A stretch of DNA of 64,000 bases, taken from Thermoproteota archaeon (GTDB taxonomy: Archaea; Thermoproteota; Methanomethylicia; Methanomethylicales; Methanomethylicaceae). Under the pieces are notes generated by a model that was not told where the DNA came from, did no database searches, and saw nothing but the letters and a program-made list of their open reading frames with translations. A program made the translations under genes and the position numbers. Shown here piece by piece: positions 41,004 through 50,431 of the stretch (position 1 is its first letter; each line of letters begins with the position of its first letter). The stretch spans positions 488 to 64,487 of the forward strand of contig JARXPF010000001.1 in the NCBI GenBank assembly GCA_029887765.1. The letters run 5' to 3'.

Positions 41004-42204
41004 ATCAAAATTGAGATGTATAAATTGTGGTAAAGAATATGATAGTAATGAAATAGTATATACTTGTAGAATTTGTAATTCTTTATTAGAAGTTATAATA
41101 GAAGTACCTAAGATATCATTAAAAGATATGAAAAAAAGAGAATTTGGTGTATGGCGTTATCGTGAATTTATACCAATAGAAAATGATTATGAAATTATAA
41201 CTTTAAAAGAAGGTGGAACTCCACTTTATGAATGTAATAGATTAGCTAAATTAATTGGTATAAAGAAATTATATATAAAGTATGAAGGGACAAATCCTAC
41301 AGGTAGTTTTAAGGATAGGGGAATGACTGTTGGAGTTACTAAAGCAAAAAGTTTAGGTTCAAAAGCAGTAGCTTGTGCTTCTACTGGAAATACATCAGCA
41401 TCTTTAGCTGCATATGCAGCTAGAGCAGGATTGACTTGTTATGTATTATTACCTGCAGATAAAGTAGCCTTAGGTAAACTTGCTCAAGCATTAATGCATG
41501 GAGCAAAAGTAATATCAGTTAGAGGAAATTTTGATATTGCTCTTAAAATAGTAATGGAACTTTCTCAAAAATTGGATATTTATATTTTGAATAGTGTTAA
41601 TCCATGGAGATTAGAAGGTCAAAAAACTTTAGCATTTGAAATTGTTGATCAACTAGGTCATGTACCAGATATTGTATGTGTACCCATGGGTAATTGTGGA
41701 AATATTTCAGCAATATGGAAAGGATTTAAAGAATTTTATAAATCAGGGATTATTGATAAATTGCCAAGGATGTTTGGTGTACAAGCAGAAGGAGCTGCTC
41801 CAGTTGTAAATATGTTGAGAAAAGGTTATAATACATTAATCCCCGTCACTCATCCAGAAACTATTGCAACTGCTATAAGAATTGGAAATCCAGTAAATTG
41901 GCCAAAGGCAGTAATGGCATTAAAAGAATCTAATGGACTTTATGAAGCAGTTTCAGATGAAGAAATTATTGAAGCTCAACGTTTAATAGCTACACTTGAA
42001 GGAATAGGAGTAGAACCTGCAAGTGCAGCTTCTTTAGCTGGATTAAGAAAAGCAGTATTAAATGGAATTATAAGTAGTGATATTGAAGCAGTATGTATTT
42101 GTACTGGGCATTTACTAAAGGATCCAGAAGAAGTTTTGAAAGTTTGTGGTAAACCTATAGAAGTTCCACCAGATGCTAAGTTAATGTATCAGAAATTCTC
42201 ATAA
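40993..42204 (+). CDS. thrC: Threonine synthase
   Basis: Zn ribbon, NPTGSFKDRG, ASTGNTSAS, EPASAA. Confidence 0.95.
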   Translation: MYPKSKLRCINCGKEYDSNEIVYTCRICNSLLEVIIEVPKISLKDMKKREFGVWRYREFIPIENDYEIITLKEGGTPLYECNRLAKLIGIKKLYIKYEGTNPTGSFKDRGMTVGVTKAKSLGSKAVACASTGNTSASLAAYAARAGLTCYVLLPADKVALGKLAQALMHGAKVISVRGNFDIALKIVMELSQKLDIYILNSVNPWRLEGQKTLAFEIVDQLGHVPDIVCVPMGNCGNISAIWKGFKEFYKSGIIDKLPRMFGVQAEGAAPVVNMLRKGYNTLIPVTHPETIATAIRIGNPVNWPKAVMALKESNGLYEAVSDEEIIEAQRLIATLEGIGVEPASAASLAGLRKAVLNGIISSDIEAVCICTGHLLKDPEEVLKVCGKPIEVPPDAKLMYQKFS

Positions 42205-42212
42205 TAAAGTAA

Positions 42213-43118
42213 TTATTTTACAGATATCATTTCAAATGGTTTTATAATTCTTGATAATAAATCAGTTCGAGTTATAATCCCAATAGGTTTTCCATTCTCA
42301 TCAATAACAATTAATCTCCCTATACTTGATTTACGCATTTTATTCATTGCTTCTAAAATATCTTCATTTAAATTTATAGTAACAGGTTTTCTAGTAGCAG
42401 CTTCCTTAACTGTAATATCAATTTTACCTTCGCTTAAACATTTTGCTATATCTGAACTTGTTAATAAACCAATTAAATTATTATTTTCATCAATAATAGG
42501 TGCAGCTCTTATAAATTCTCTATATATAATTGCTGCTGCTTCTCTTAAAGACATATTTGGAGTTAAATATACTAATCTTTTTGACATTATATTCTTTACA
42601 GATTCCTTAGGTATACTAACAATATTTATAACTTCAAGAAGTAATTCACCATGAAGTTCATCTCTTCCTATTATTTTACCTTCAATTATCATTCTTCCAG
42701 ATGAAGCTGGTCCTACAATAATTTCTTCTCCAATATTTAATTGAGAAACCTTACCAATTATTTTTAATAATGCTTGACAAAAATCAGGACTATAAACACT
42801 CTTAAAAATAATATCAGAAACAAAAGCACCAGTAGCTTCTCCATTTTTCCTAAAAATTGGAATATTAATAGATCTATAATGTTCTGGAATATTAAAACAT
42901 TCATATGCTTTACTAGTTGGTAAATAACCTCCACTAGGACCAGGTATGGATTCTATAAGTCCTAAAGCTCTGAGAGTAGGCATAATATTTCTTATAGTAC
43001 CTTCTCCTTTTCTAATTTTCATAGCAATTTCCTTACTTTTTACAAAATTTTTTTTCTGTTCATAAATTTCAATAAGTGCAAGAATTATTTCTTTTTGAGG
43101 TCGGGTTAAATTAACCAT
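42213..43118 (-). CDS. HTH (HrcA-like) regulator with CBS pair
   Basis: N-terminal HTH GTIRN..LGLIE..GP.GGY.PT plus two C-terminal CBS domains. Confidence 0.85.
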   Translation of the reverse strand: MVNLTRPQKEIILALIEIYEQKKNFVKSKEIAMKIRKGEGTIRNIMPTLRALGLIESIPGPSGGYLPTSKAYECFNIPEHYRSINIPIFRKNGEATGAFVSDIIFKSVYSPDFCQALLKIIGKVSQLNIGEEIIVGPASSGRMIIEGKIIGRDELHGELLLEVINIVSIPKESVKNIMSKRLVYLTPNMSLREAAAIIYREFIRAAPIIDENNNLIGLLTSSDIAKCLSEGKIDITVKEAATRKPVTINLNEDILEAMNKMRKSSIGRLIVIDENGKPIGIITRTDLLSRIIKPFEMISVK

Positions 43119-43161
43119 AGCTCATCCTAAAAAATTATAATTATTAAAATAGATAAATTTT

Positions 43162-43866
43162 TTATGTTAGATCACCACAAATACAAAAAAGCTCATTTAT
43201 TGCACTATATAGTTCCATAAATCCAATACCTTTAGTACTAGATACCATAATAGTTCGCTTTTTCTTTTCAAGCATTTTTAAAACTTCTTGAAGTTCTTGT
43301 GTTAATCCAATTATAGTTTTACTAGTATCTAGAAGCAAAGTTTCATTATTTAATAAATCACACTTACTTATTATTTCTATTGAAGGAATATTCAATCTAA
43401 GCTCTACTATTAAACTCATAAGTTTAAGTGTTATAAAATCACTCATTTTTCTCATAAATGATGAATCTATTAAAAAAATTGAGGCTTTTCTTCCATTTAA
43501 ATAACTTGATAAAAGTGGACCTAAATCTCTAAATAAAAATATTTCCATTTGACCAGGTGTATCTATAATTATATAATCTCCATTTAGGCTATTAATTTCT
43601 TCTGAAATTTCTTTAGAATTTTCTTCAATAATTTGAGCAGCTCTTATGAGGGCACCATTTGGTCCAAGATTTTCATTTTTCATTATTTCATATACTCTTA
43701 CTAATTTTCTTATATCAAAATTAGGATTAAATGGAATATTTTCTACACCTGGATCTAAATTTACATAATTAACAATATAACCTTCTTTTTCAAGCCATTT
43801 TCCAAATGAGAATGTAAGCATAGTTTTTCCAGAACCAGCAGGTCCAATTATTAATAAATTAACCAT
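43162..43866 (-). CDS. GPN-loop GTPase
   Basis: GPAGSGKT, NLDPG, LGPNG, DTPGQ; start taken at ATG 43866. Confidence 0.92.
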   Translation of the reverse strand: MVNLLIIGPAGSGKTMLTFSFGKWLEKEGYIVNYVNLDPGVENIPFNPNFDIRKLVRVYEIMKNENLGPNGALIRAAQIIEENSKEISEEINSLNGDYIIIDTPGQMEIFLFRDLGPLLSSYLNGRKASIFLIDSSFMRKMSDFITLKLMSLIVELRLNIPSIEIISKCDLLNNETLLLDTSKTIIGLTQELQEVLKMLEKKKRTIMVSSTKGIGFMELYSAINELFCICGDLT

Positions 43867-43921
43867 AACAACATATAGGAAATTTGAAATTATTAAATAT
43901 TCTAGAAAAAAAAATAAAAAA

Positions 43922-45517
43922 TTAACTAGTTCTAATGAAAGCACCTGTTAAAGTTTCTTTTAATAATTCTTCTGAATGAGGTTTTGTAATGAAAGCTGTA
44001 ATTAATGTTACTAATGTACTTGCAATAAATCCAGGAACTACTGCATATAAAGCTACTACATTAGGAATTATTATGTTTCTACCCCATATCCAGAATGAAA
44101 TGAGTGTTACAATAAAGCCTGCAAGCATTCCAAATCTTGCTGCATGTTTATTCATTCTCTTCCAGTATAAACCACCTACAATTGGCCAGAAGAAGCAATT
44201 TACCATTATTGAAAGAGCAGCCCATATAAACCATGCAAGCATAGGTTGTGGTGTTAAAGATAACCACCAAGAGGTTACTCCTATTACTATTATAGTTATT
44301 CTACTTATCCATTTTAGAGCATTATCTGAAATATTTGATTTCATAACATTCTTAATTATATCATATGAAACATTACTTGCTGCAGTTACAAGAAGTCTAT
44401 CTGTTGTAGACATCACAGCTGCTAATACACAAGGCAACAATAATATGAAAATTTCAAATGGTAAAGCAGCTTTTGCTATTGTTGGAAAAGCCATATCACT
44501 CCAAGCTACTACAACTCCACCTTCAAGTGTTAAAGAAGATATTTGCAACTTTCCTTGTGCCCATGCTACTCTAGCAGCTAAGCCTATTAATGATGTACTT
44601 AATATTATAGGTACACTTAATACATACATTAATAATGGTCCCCATCTTGTGTATTTAACATCCTTAAAGCATAATACATTATTAACTATATGTGGTGCAA
44701 CCATTAAGCCTAATGGAACTGTAAGTCCAAAGAGTGTTAAATTATAGACCCATCCTACTAGTGGCATCTCTGCTGGTCCGAATGGTTTATCTAAGAATGT
44801 TGCAAAAGTATAAGTTTCAGATAATCCTCTAACAACTTTTTGTAATATTGGAACTTGAGAAGTAAGTTCATTTAAAGCAACCCATCCTCCAACCCATCCT
44901 ATTATCATAGGTGCCATTACTATAGCAATTATAATCATTATTAAAGCTTGTAAGAATGTTGTCCATGCTGTAGAAAACATTCCACCACTAATAACATAAC
45001 CTATAACTACTATTAATGCTATGAAAGAAGCTATTGAATATGGTATTCCTAAGACTACTTCACTTACAACTCCTATTGCTGTATATTGACCAATTAAGTA
45101 AGCAAAGCAAGTAGCAGTAGAAATTGTTCCAGCAATTAATCTTATCCATTTACTATCTTCATAACGTATAGCTAAATAATCTTGCATTGTAAGTATTTGA
45201 AATTTCTTTCTTAAACTCCACATTTTATAACCAATTAATAGAGTACAGAAGGAAATGGCAAAAGGTGGTCCTATTACTCTTTCCCAAAGATTTGCCCAAC
45301 CACTTTGAAAACCAAGACCTGCTACTCCTATTATTGTCATTCCACTTGTCACAGAGCCTATCATTAATAATACATAAGTCCAAAATCCTAATTGTCCAGA
45401 AGCTGCAATAAAATCAGCAGTAGTTTTTGCTTTTTTAGCACCAAATATAGAAATTAATGCAATTGCAATAAAGTAAGCTGCTGTTATACCAATGGTAAGT
45501 ATATCGAAATTATTCAT
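43922..45517 (-). CDS. Sodium:solute symporter (SSS) family protein
   Basis: Multi-TM; DYLAIRY, AAVMST, GLYWKR; SD GGAGGTG. Confidence 0.9.
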   Translation of the reverse strand: MNNFDILTIGITAAYFIAIALISIFGAKKAKTTADFIAASGQLGFWTYVLLMIGSVTSGMTIIGVAGLGFQSGWANLWERVIGPPFAISFCTLLIGYKMWSLRKKFQILTMQDYLAIRYEDSKWIRLIAGTISTATCFAYLIGQYTAIGVVSEVVLGIPYSIASFIALIVVIGYVISGGMFSTAWTTFLQALIMIIIAIVMAPMIIGWVGGWVALNELTSQVPILQKVVRGLSETYTFATFLDKPFGPAEMPLVGWVYNLTLFGLTVPLGLMVAPHIVNNVLCFKDVKYTRWGPLLMYVLSVPIILSTSLIGLAARVAWAQGKLQISSLTLEGGVVVAWSDMAFPTIAKAALPFEIFILLLPCVLAAVMSTTDRLLVTAASNVSYDIIKNVMKSNISDNALKWISRITIIVIGVTSWWLSLTPQPMLAWFIWAALSIMVNCFFWPIVGGLYWKRMNKHAARFGMLAGFIVTLISFWIWGRNIIIPNVVALYAVVPGFIASTLVTLITAFITKPHSEELLKETLTGAFIRTS

Positions 45518-45699
45518 CCAGACACCTCCTTATTTGAAGGTTTCCATTTTATAGCCCATAAAAATAGTATTATCACTTGAATTATTACAGGAATTATTAA
45601 ACAAGCAAATGTAATTGGTAACATACCTAATATTCGATCTGTTGATGATAATTGCTCTTTAATAATGAAAATAGCCATTAAAATACTGAAAATTTCCAT
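45514..45699 (-). CDS. Small membrane protein coupled to the SSS gene
   Basis: 61 aa, hydrophobic; TAATG overlap with the ligase stop and ATGA overlap with the SSS start. Confidence 0.7.
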   Translation of the reverse strand: MEIFSILMAIFIIKEQLSSTDRILGMLPITFACLIIPVIIQVIILFLWAIKWKPSNKEVSG

Positions 45700-47019
45700 T
45701 ATTCCAACCTCCTTAAATCCATTATTCTTTTTGCTTTACCATCACTTCTTGGTAATGTACCAGGAGGAAGAATTTCTATATTAGTTCTAAGTTGAGTTAC
45801 TTTCTTAATTTCATTAAATATTTCTTGTCTTAATTTTTCAATAAGGCTTGTATTTCCTGCTACTCCATTATTTACTTCTAATTTTATGGTTATATCATCA
45901 ATGCCAGAAAGCACTATTAAGAAGTTTCCATTAGTTTCTTTATGAGATGCTATTATTTGTTCTATAGTAGATGGATAAAGACCAATACCTCTAATTTTAA
46001 TCATATCATCAATTCTACCTTTTATCCAATCAATTTTTATATGAGTTCTTCCACATTCACATTGATCATCTATGAATTTTGTTATATCTCCTGTTCTATA
46101 ACGAATCAATGGCATTGCTTCTCTTGTAAGTGGAGTTATTACAAGTTCTCCTTCTTCTTCCATGTCTAAAGGCTCTCCTGTTTTTGGATCTATGATTTCA
46201 GCAAGAAAATGATCCTCCCAAATATGTAAACCAGATTTGAATTTACATTCAATAGCAACACCTGGACCTCCAACCTCAGCAAAGCCATAATTATTAAATG
46301 CTTCTATTTCAAGTCCATTTTCTATTTTCTTTCGCATTTCTTTAGTCCAAGACTCAGCACCTAATATTCCAATTCTAAGTTTAAGTGAATTTCTAAATCC
46401 ATCATTAGTCTCAAGAACTTCAATTAAACGTAAAGCAAAAGAAGGTATTGCATGAAATATTGTAACACCGAAATCTCGCATAATTTCTAATTGTTTTTCA
46501 GGACTTCCTGAACCGAATGGAATTACAGTAATACCAAATCTTTCTGCTCCTTGAATTAATCCAAGTCCTCCAGTAAACATTCCTTGTGAAGTTGTATTTT
46601 GAAATATATCACCTTTTCTTGCTCCTACACATGCAAATCCTCTAGCCATTAATTCAGACCAAGTCTTAAGATCTTTCTTAGTATAGAAAGTTGTAATAGG
46701 CTTATTAGTAGTACCTGATGATGAATGTATACGAAGTACTTTATTTATAGGAACTGCTAAAGCACCAAATGGAAAGCAATTTATTAAATCCTTTTTTGTT
46801 GTAAATGGAAGTTTATGTAAATCCTCAAGTCCATTTATAGAATTTATTCCTGCTTGTGCTAGTTTTTCCCTTAAAAATGGAACTTTTTTAGCCCTATTAA
46901 GGGCCTTTAAAAATCTTATTTTTTGTATTTTTTTAAGACTTTCTCTATCTATTTTTTCTAAATTTGGTTGGAAATAGACCTCAGAATTTGTAAAGACAAC
47001 TCCTCCCTATGCTTTGCAA
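45699..47019 (-). CDS. paaK: Phenylacetate-CoA ligase (PaaK family); N-terminus has no in-frame start and is probably reached via a +1 frameshift from uORF 47019-46981
   Basis: Frame open from 47006 encoding YFQPNLE...KLPFTTK...IHSSSGTTNKP (P-loop) upstream of the first ATG at 46649; also YGFAEVGGPG, RYRTGD, GRIDDM, GKAKR. The family call is firm; the 5' end is inferred. Confidence 0.85.
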
Positions 47020-47148
47020 AAAGCCACACCTCCTTCTTCTTTCACTGGAGTGCGTACTACTGCAAGTGTTTTAATAAACTAGATTCCTCCTTGCAGTCAC
47101 CCGCACTCCTCCAGTGAAAAAAATTTATTAAATTATTGCATATTTAAA
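46981..47148 (-). promoter_or_regulatory. Structured 5' leader: TATA (47148-47141), about 80-nt hairpin (47040-47119), four GGAGG motifs and two uORFs
   Basis: Stems TTTCACTGGAG/CTCCAGTGAAA, TGCG/CGCA, ACTGCAAG/CTTGCAGT; uORF1 47100-47071 (MTARRNLVY), uORF2 47019-46981 (MQSIGRSCLYKF). Confidence 0.75.
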
Positions 47149-47162
47149 TTTTTTGGAAAAAA

Positions 47163-48701
47163 TTAAGAAAAAAGTTCTTTTAGTCTTTCTTCTGGTAATG
47201 GCTTAGTCAATAGACTTGTTATGAAGTATATTACTCCACAGCCAAGCATTAATGTAAGTGCCCATATGCCCCAATGATTAAATGGATAAACATATTTTCC
47301 ATATACTGATGGATGTAGTAGAGCTACTATCATTCCATATATAATTGTGCAAAGTGCACCCATTTTTGTAGCTCTCTTCCAATACATGGATACAGCTACT
47401 ACAAAGAAGAATATTCCTGCTTGAGCTACTGCCGATCCTGCCATAAATTCTGATAATACTGGTGGTGGAGAAGTATAAGTCCACCATAATGGAATTACCA
47501 TTATTGGGATTATGAGTATTCTTGAAATTAAAAGAAGTTTCTTTGCACTTATATTAGGTATAGCATTATTTATTATATCTCTTGTAATATTTGTAGCCAT
47601 TACCATTACCATACCAGCTAATGTTGAAATTGCAGCAGAGAATACAGCCATGGAAAATGCTGCCCCTCCTATAGGACCACCCATAGCCATACTAACTAAT
47701 GTAGCAGCAGCATCACCATAAACTGGAGCAATTTTCATAAGTTCTGATCCCCAAACTGCTCTAGCTACAAAACCCATGACACCAATCATAAGTGGAGTTA
47801 AACAGTTTAATATTACTATTAACATTAGTATTGAATATTCTCTTTTTGTTATTTTTCTTATTCCAAGGAATCTAGCAATATTATGTGGAAAACCTGTTGC
47901 CATTAAAAGGAACATAAGCATAGCTGCAGTTACACCAATCCAATCATTTCCAGCAAAAGCAGGAGAAATAGGAGCAATGTAATTATTTAATTGAATTCCT
48001 GTATCTACTCCTCCTGGTCTTACGAATGTAGATTTTTCTATTGCTTCTGCTACTTTATCTGGTCCTCCTGCCCATATTATAGAACCTATTCCAAATATCC
48101 ATCCAACTATCATAAATATTAATCCTTGTATAGCTAAAGAGAATTGAGTTCCAGTATATCCTCCAAGTGCTAAATATATTCCACAAATTAAAGCAGTGAA
48201 TATTAAACTTAAAAGCCAGTCCATTCCTGTTGTTAATTTCCATACTGAAGCCATGACTTTATATTGTCCAACACTATATACTATTAATAAAAGAATCATT
48301 ACAATACCAACAATTGCTTGTAAAAATTTACTATTAAAGCGAAGTCTTACAACTTCTGGAACTGTTTTAGCTCCTAGAGCAGCATATCTTCGCATTCTAT
48401 ATCCTAAGACTACACATAAAGAAAGACCCATTAAGTTTGTTACTCCTATTAACCAAGATCCAGACCAACCATATGTATAAGCAAGTCCAGCATTTCCATA
48501 AATAGCCCAGCCACTCATCCATGTTGCTGTAAGTGCTAAACCAGTTACAATTGGTCCTAAATCTCCATGACCAATTAACCATTCATCAAAGCTCTTAGAT
48601 TTTCTAAAGAAGAATATGCTAACTCCTGCACTTATGATTAACATTAATGCTATTCCAATGATAGTAGAAATTGCACTATCTGATGTAGGTTGTGGTATCA
48701 T
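47163..48701 (-). CDS. Sodium:solute symporter (SSS) family protein
   Basis: ATWMSGW, TVPEVVRLRF, PHNIARF, SAAIST, YWKRAT motifs. Confidence 0.9.
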   Translation of the reverse strand: MIPQPTSDSAISTIIGIALMLIISAGVSIFFFRKSKSFDEWLIGHGDLGPIVTGLALTATWMSGWAIYGNAGLAYTYGWSGSWLIGVTNLMGLSLCVVLGYRMRRYAALGAKTVPEVVRLRFNSKFLQAIVGIVMILLLIVYSVGQYKVMASVWKLTTGMDWLLSLIFTALICGIYLALGGYTGTQFSLAIQGLIFMIVGWIFGIGSIIWAGGPDKVAEAIEKSTFVRPGGVDTGIQLNNYIAPISPAFAGNDWIGVTAAMLMFLLMATGFPHNIARFLGIRKITKREYSILMLIVILNCLTPLMIGVMGFVARAVWGSELMKIAPVYGDAAATLVSMAMGGPIGGAAFSMAVFSAAISTLAGMVMVMATNITRDIINNAIPNISAKKLLLISRILIIPIMVIPLWWTYTSPPPVLSEFMAGSAVAQAGIFFFVVAVSMYWKRATKMGALCTIIYGMIVALLHPSVYGKYVYPFNHWGIWALTLMLGCGVIYFITSLLTKPLPEERLKELFS

Positions 48702-48869
48702 TTATATCTCCTCCCATTTTTTTATTCTAAGAATTAGAAGTAATATACACCAAATTACACATACAATGAAAATTCCAAAGTATGATGCCCAACCTCCAAT
48801 ATTAGCTGCAATAATTGGAACTGAAATAAAGCATAAAGATAGTAAAATTAGAATAATGATAGCATTCAT
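48702..48869 (-). CDS. 55-aa two-TM symporter-associated microprotein (MNAIIILILLSLCFISVPIIAANIGGWASYFGIFIVCVIWCILLLILRIKKWEEI)
   Basis: Read from sequence: ATG overlaps the HTH gene TGA, TAA abuts the SSS ATG; not in ORF track. Confidence 0.75.
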   Translation of the reverse strand: MNAIIILILLSLCFISVPIIAANIGGWASYFGIFIVCVIWCILLLILRIKKWEEI

Positions 48870-49232
48870 TTTATTTTCCTCCTTATTTCTTCTGCTACAA
48901 TTAAACCAGAATATGTTAATTTCACAGGAATGCCTTTTCTATAAATAGTCCCTCCTTCTATGAATTGTAAATCCCTAAGCAATCTCAAGTTCCATTTCAC
49001 TGTAGATTCTGGTATTTTAAGTAATTCAGAAATCTCTTTAACATAACCTGAAATTGTAAGCTCTGAATGTTCATTTTCCATAATATGCAAAAGAATTTTT
49101 TTCTGAATATCTGTTAAAAACCTAGAACAAATTTTTTTCAAAGATTCTTCTAAAATTTCTAATGGAGGGACTATATTAGTTCTACTACTTGAAAAGGCTG
49201 ACACCTTTGTACTTCTGTACAACCTCCTTCAC
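48866..49232 (-). CDS. Winged-HTH protein; 5' end probably supplied by uORF 49232-49185 via a +1 frameshift
   Basis: LTDIQKKIL...IPESTVKWNLRLLRDLQFIE...LTYSG wHTH; the annotated TTG 49222 directly abuts GGAGG with no spacer. Confidence 0.7.
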
Positions 49233-49278
49233 ATTTTTCCCTCCGTATTTTTCTTTAGGAATTAAAGTTATATTTAAA
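49164..49278 (-). promoter_or_regulatory. Leader with TATA (49278-49271), SD GGAGGGA, 15-aa uORF MKEVVQKYKGVSLFK and anti-SD TCCCTCC
   Basis: SD 49244-49238, GTG 49232, TAG TAG 49187-49182; complement of the SD at 49170-49164; TTGTAC-AGAA-GTACAA hairpin. Confidence 0.65.
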
Positions 49279-49296
49279 TATATTGGATAAGCATAA

Positions 49297-50382
49297 TTAT
49301 CCATTTTTCATATTACTTAATCTTTTTAAAGCATTTAATCTCTCTTTTTCATTTATTTTAGCTTGTTCTATTGCGATTTTTAAGAATTCTATTGCTTCAT
49401 CCATTTCCTTTCTTTTAACTGGAAATGGAACTCCATCTTTTCCACCAAAAGCAAAGGAATATTTAACAGGATCTTTCCAACTTGGAGGTTCACCATATAT
49501 TATTTCTGAAATTAAAGCAAGTCCTCTAACTGTAGCTGGACCAATTCCATATATTGATAATAATTCTTCATAATTTCTTGGTTGAAGATTATATGCTATT
49601 TCAATTGCTTTCCAATTTATATTCCATGGCATAATTAAAATTTTTTCATTCATATATTCTAAAAGAGTTTTTTGTTTAGATTTTATTATAGCAATATTTT
49701 TCTTTATTTTTATAGGATTTTCTTTAACAATATCTATAGATACTTTACGAGCTCCTTCAGATTCTTTTGCAACCATATTAAGAACTTTATTTTCTTTATA
49801 ACCAACTATGGCTTTATGAGGTTCTAATACAAAACTATTTACTTTTTCAGAAAGCCAATGATATCTTCTAGCATATTTATTTTTTGAATTCATTCCTTGT
49901 TGTATAACTGCCCATTTTCCATCTTCAGACATGAAAAAAGTATGATGATAAAGTTGATATCCTGCTTGAATTGCTGTATTATCTACTTTTGCACTCATTT
50001 TACTTGCGTAAATCATATTTTCTATTTTTGAAGAAGACAAACCAAGTTTTTCTCCTGCTTTAATTATTTCTTCAGAAGTACTTCTTGATTTTGAACCTTT
50101 TCCACCACAAATAGCAATTCCAGTTTCATTAGAATCAATTACAGATTTTAATACTCCAGTAACAACAGTGGTTACTCCAGATGAGTGCCAATCAAAACCA
50201 AGAACACAACCAAATGCTTGAAACCAATAAGGATTAGAAATTCTTCTTAAAAATTCTTCTTTTCCAAATTCATTAATAATTATTAAAACAATATTTTTTG
50301 CTAAAGATTTCATTCTTTTAATTAACCAAGCTGGAGCTTCACCATTATGAAGTGGAAGATATGCAAATCCTGTATGAGACAC
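49297..50382 (-). CDS. DUF763 family protein
   Basis: LPLH.G.AP.WL, WFQAFGCVLGFDWHSSG, AKVDN, FAFGGKDGVPFPV. Confidence 0.92.
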   Translation of the reverse strand: MSHTGFAYLPLHNGEAPAWLIKRMKSLAKNIVLIIINEFGKEEFLRRISNPYWFQAFGCVLGFDWHSSGVTTVVTGVLKSVIDSNETGIAICGGKGSKSRSTSEEIIKAGEKLGLSSSKIENMIYASKMSAKVDNTAIQAGYQLYHHTFFMSEDGKWAVIQQGMNSKNKYARRYHWLSEKVNSFVLEPHKAIVGYKENKVLNMVAKESEGARKVSIDIVKENPIKIKKNIAIIKSKQKTLLEYMNEKILIMPWNINWKAIEIAYNLQPRNYEELLSIYGIGPATVRGLALISEIIYGEPPSWKDPVKYSFAFGGKDGVPFPVKRKEMDEAIEFLKIAIEQAKINEKERLNALKRLSNMKNG

Positions 50383-50431
50383 ATTAATTATAACAATTAA
50401 GAAAAATATAACTTTTCTTTAAATATAAATT

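Noticed and set aside
43989..44747. 252-aa plus-strand ORF and other antisense ORFs (e.g. 4851-5243, 14582-15040, 33307-33747, 48616-48948, 57166-57513)
   Set aside because: They are shadows of well-supported genes on the opposite strand, with no motifs or SD.
47007..47045. Pyrrolysine read-through of the in-frame TAG upstream of paaK from in-frame GTG codons
   Set aside because: Those GTGs lack a properly spaced SD, no pyl genes are in the window, the local MtmBs are Pyl-free, and TAG is an ordinary stop for other genes here. Not fully excluded.
47040..47119. Hairpin as tRNA, T-box, H/ACA or C/D guide RNA
   Set aside because: No cloverleaf, no UGGNACC T-box, no terminal ACA or C/D boxes recognisable; an Rfam search is still needed.
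49229..49234. In-frame ATG-TGA as selenocysteine recoding
   Set aside because: Sec at codon 2 of an HTH protein is implausible and no SECIS or sel genes are seen.
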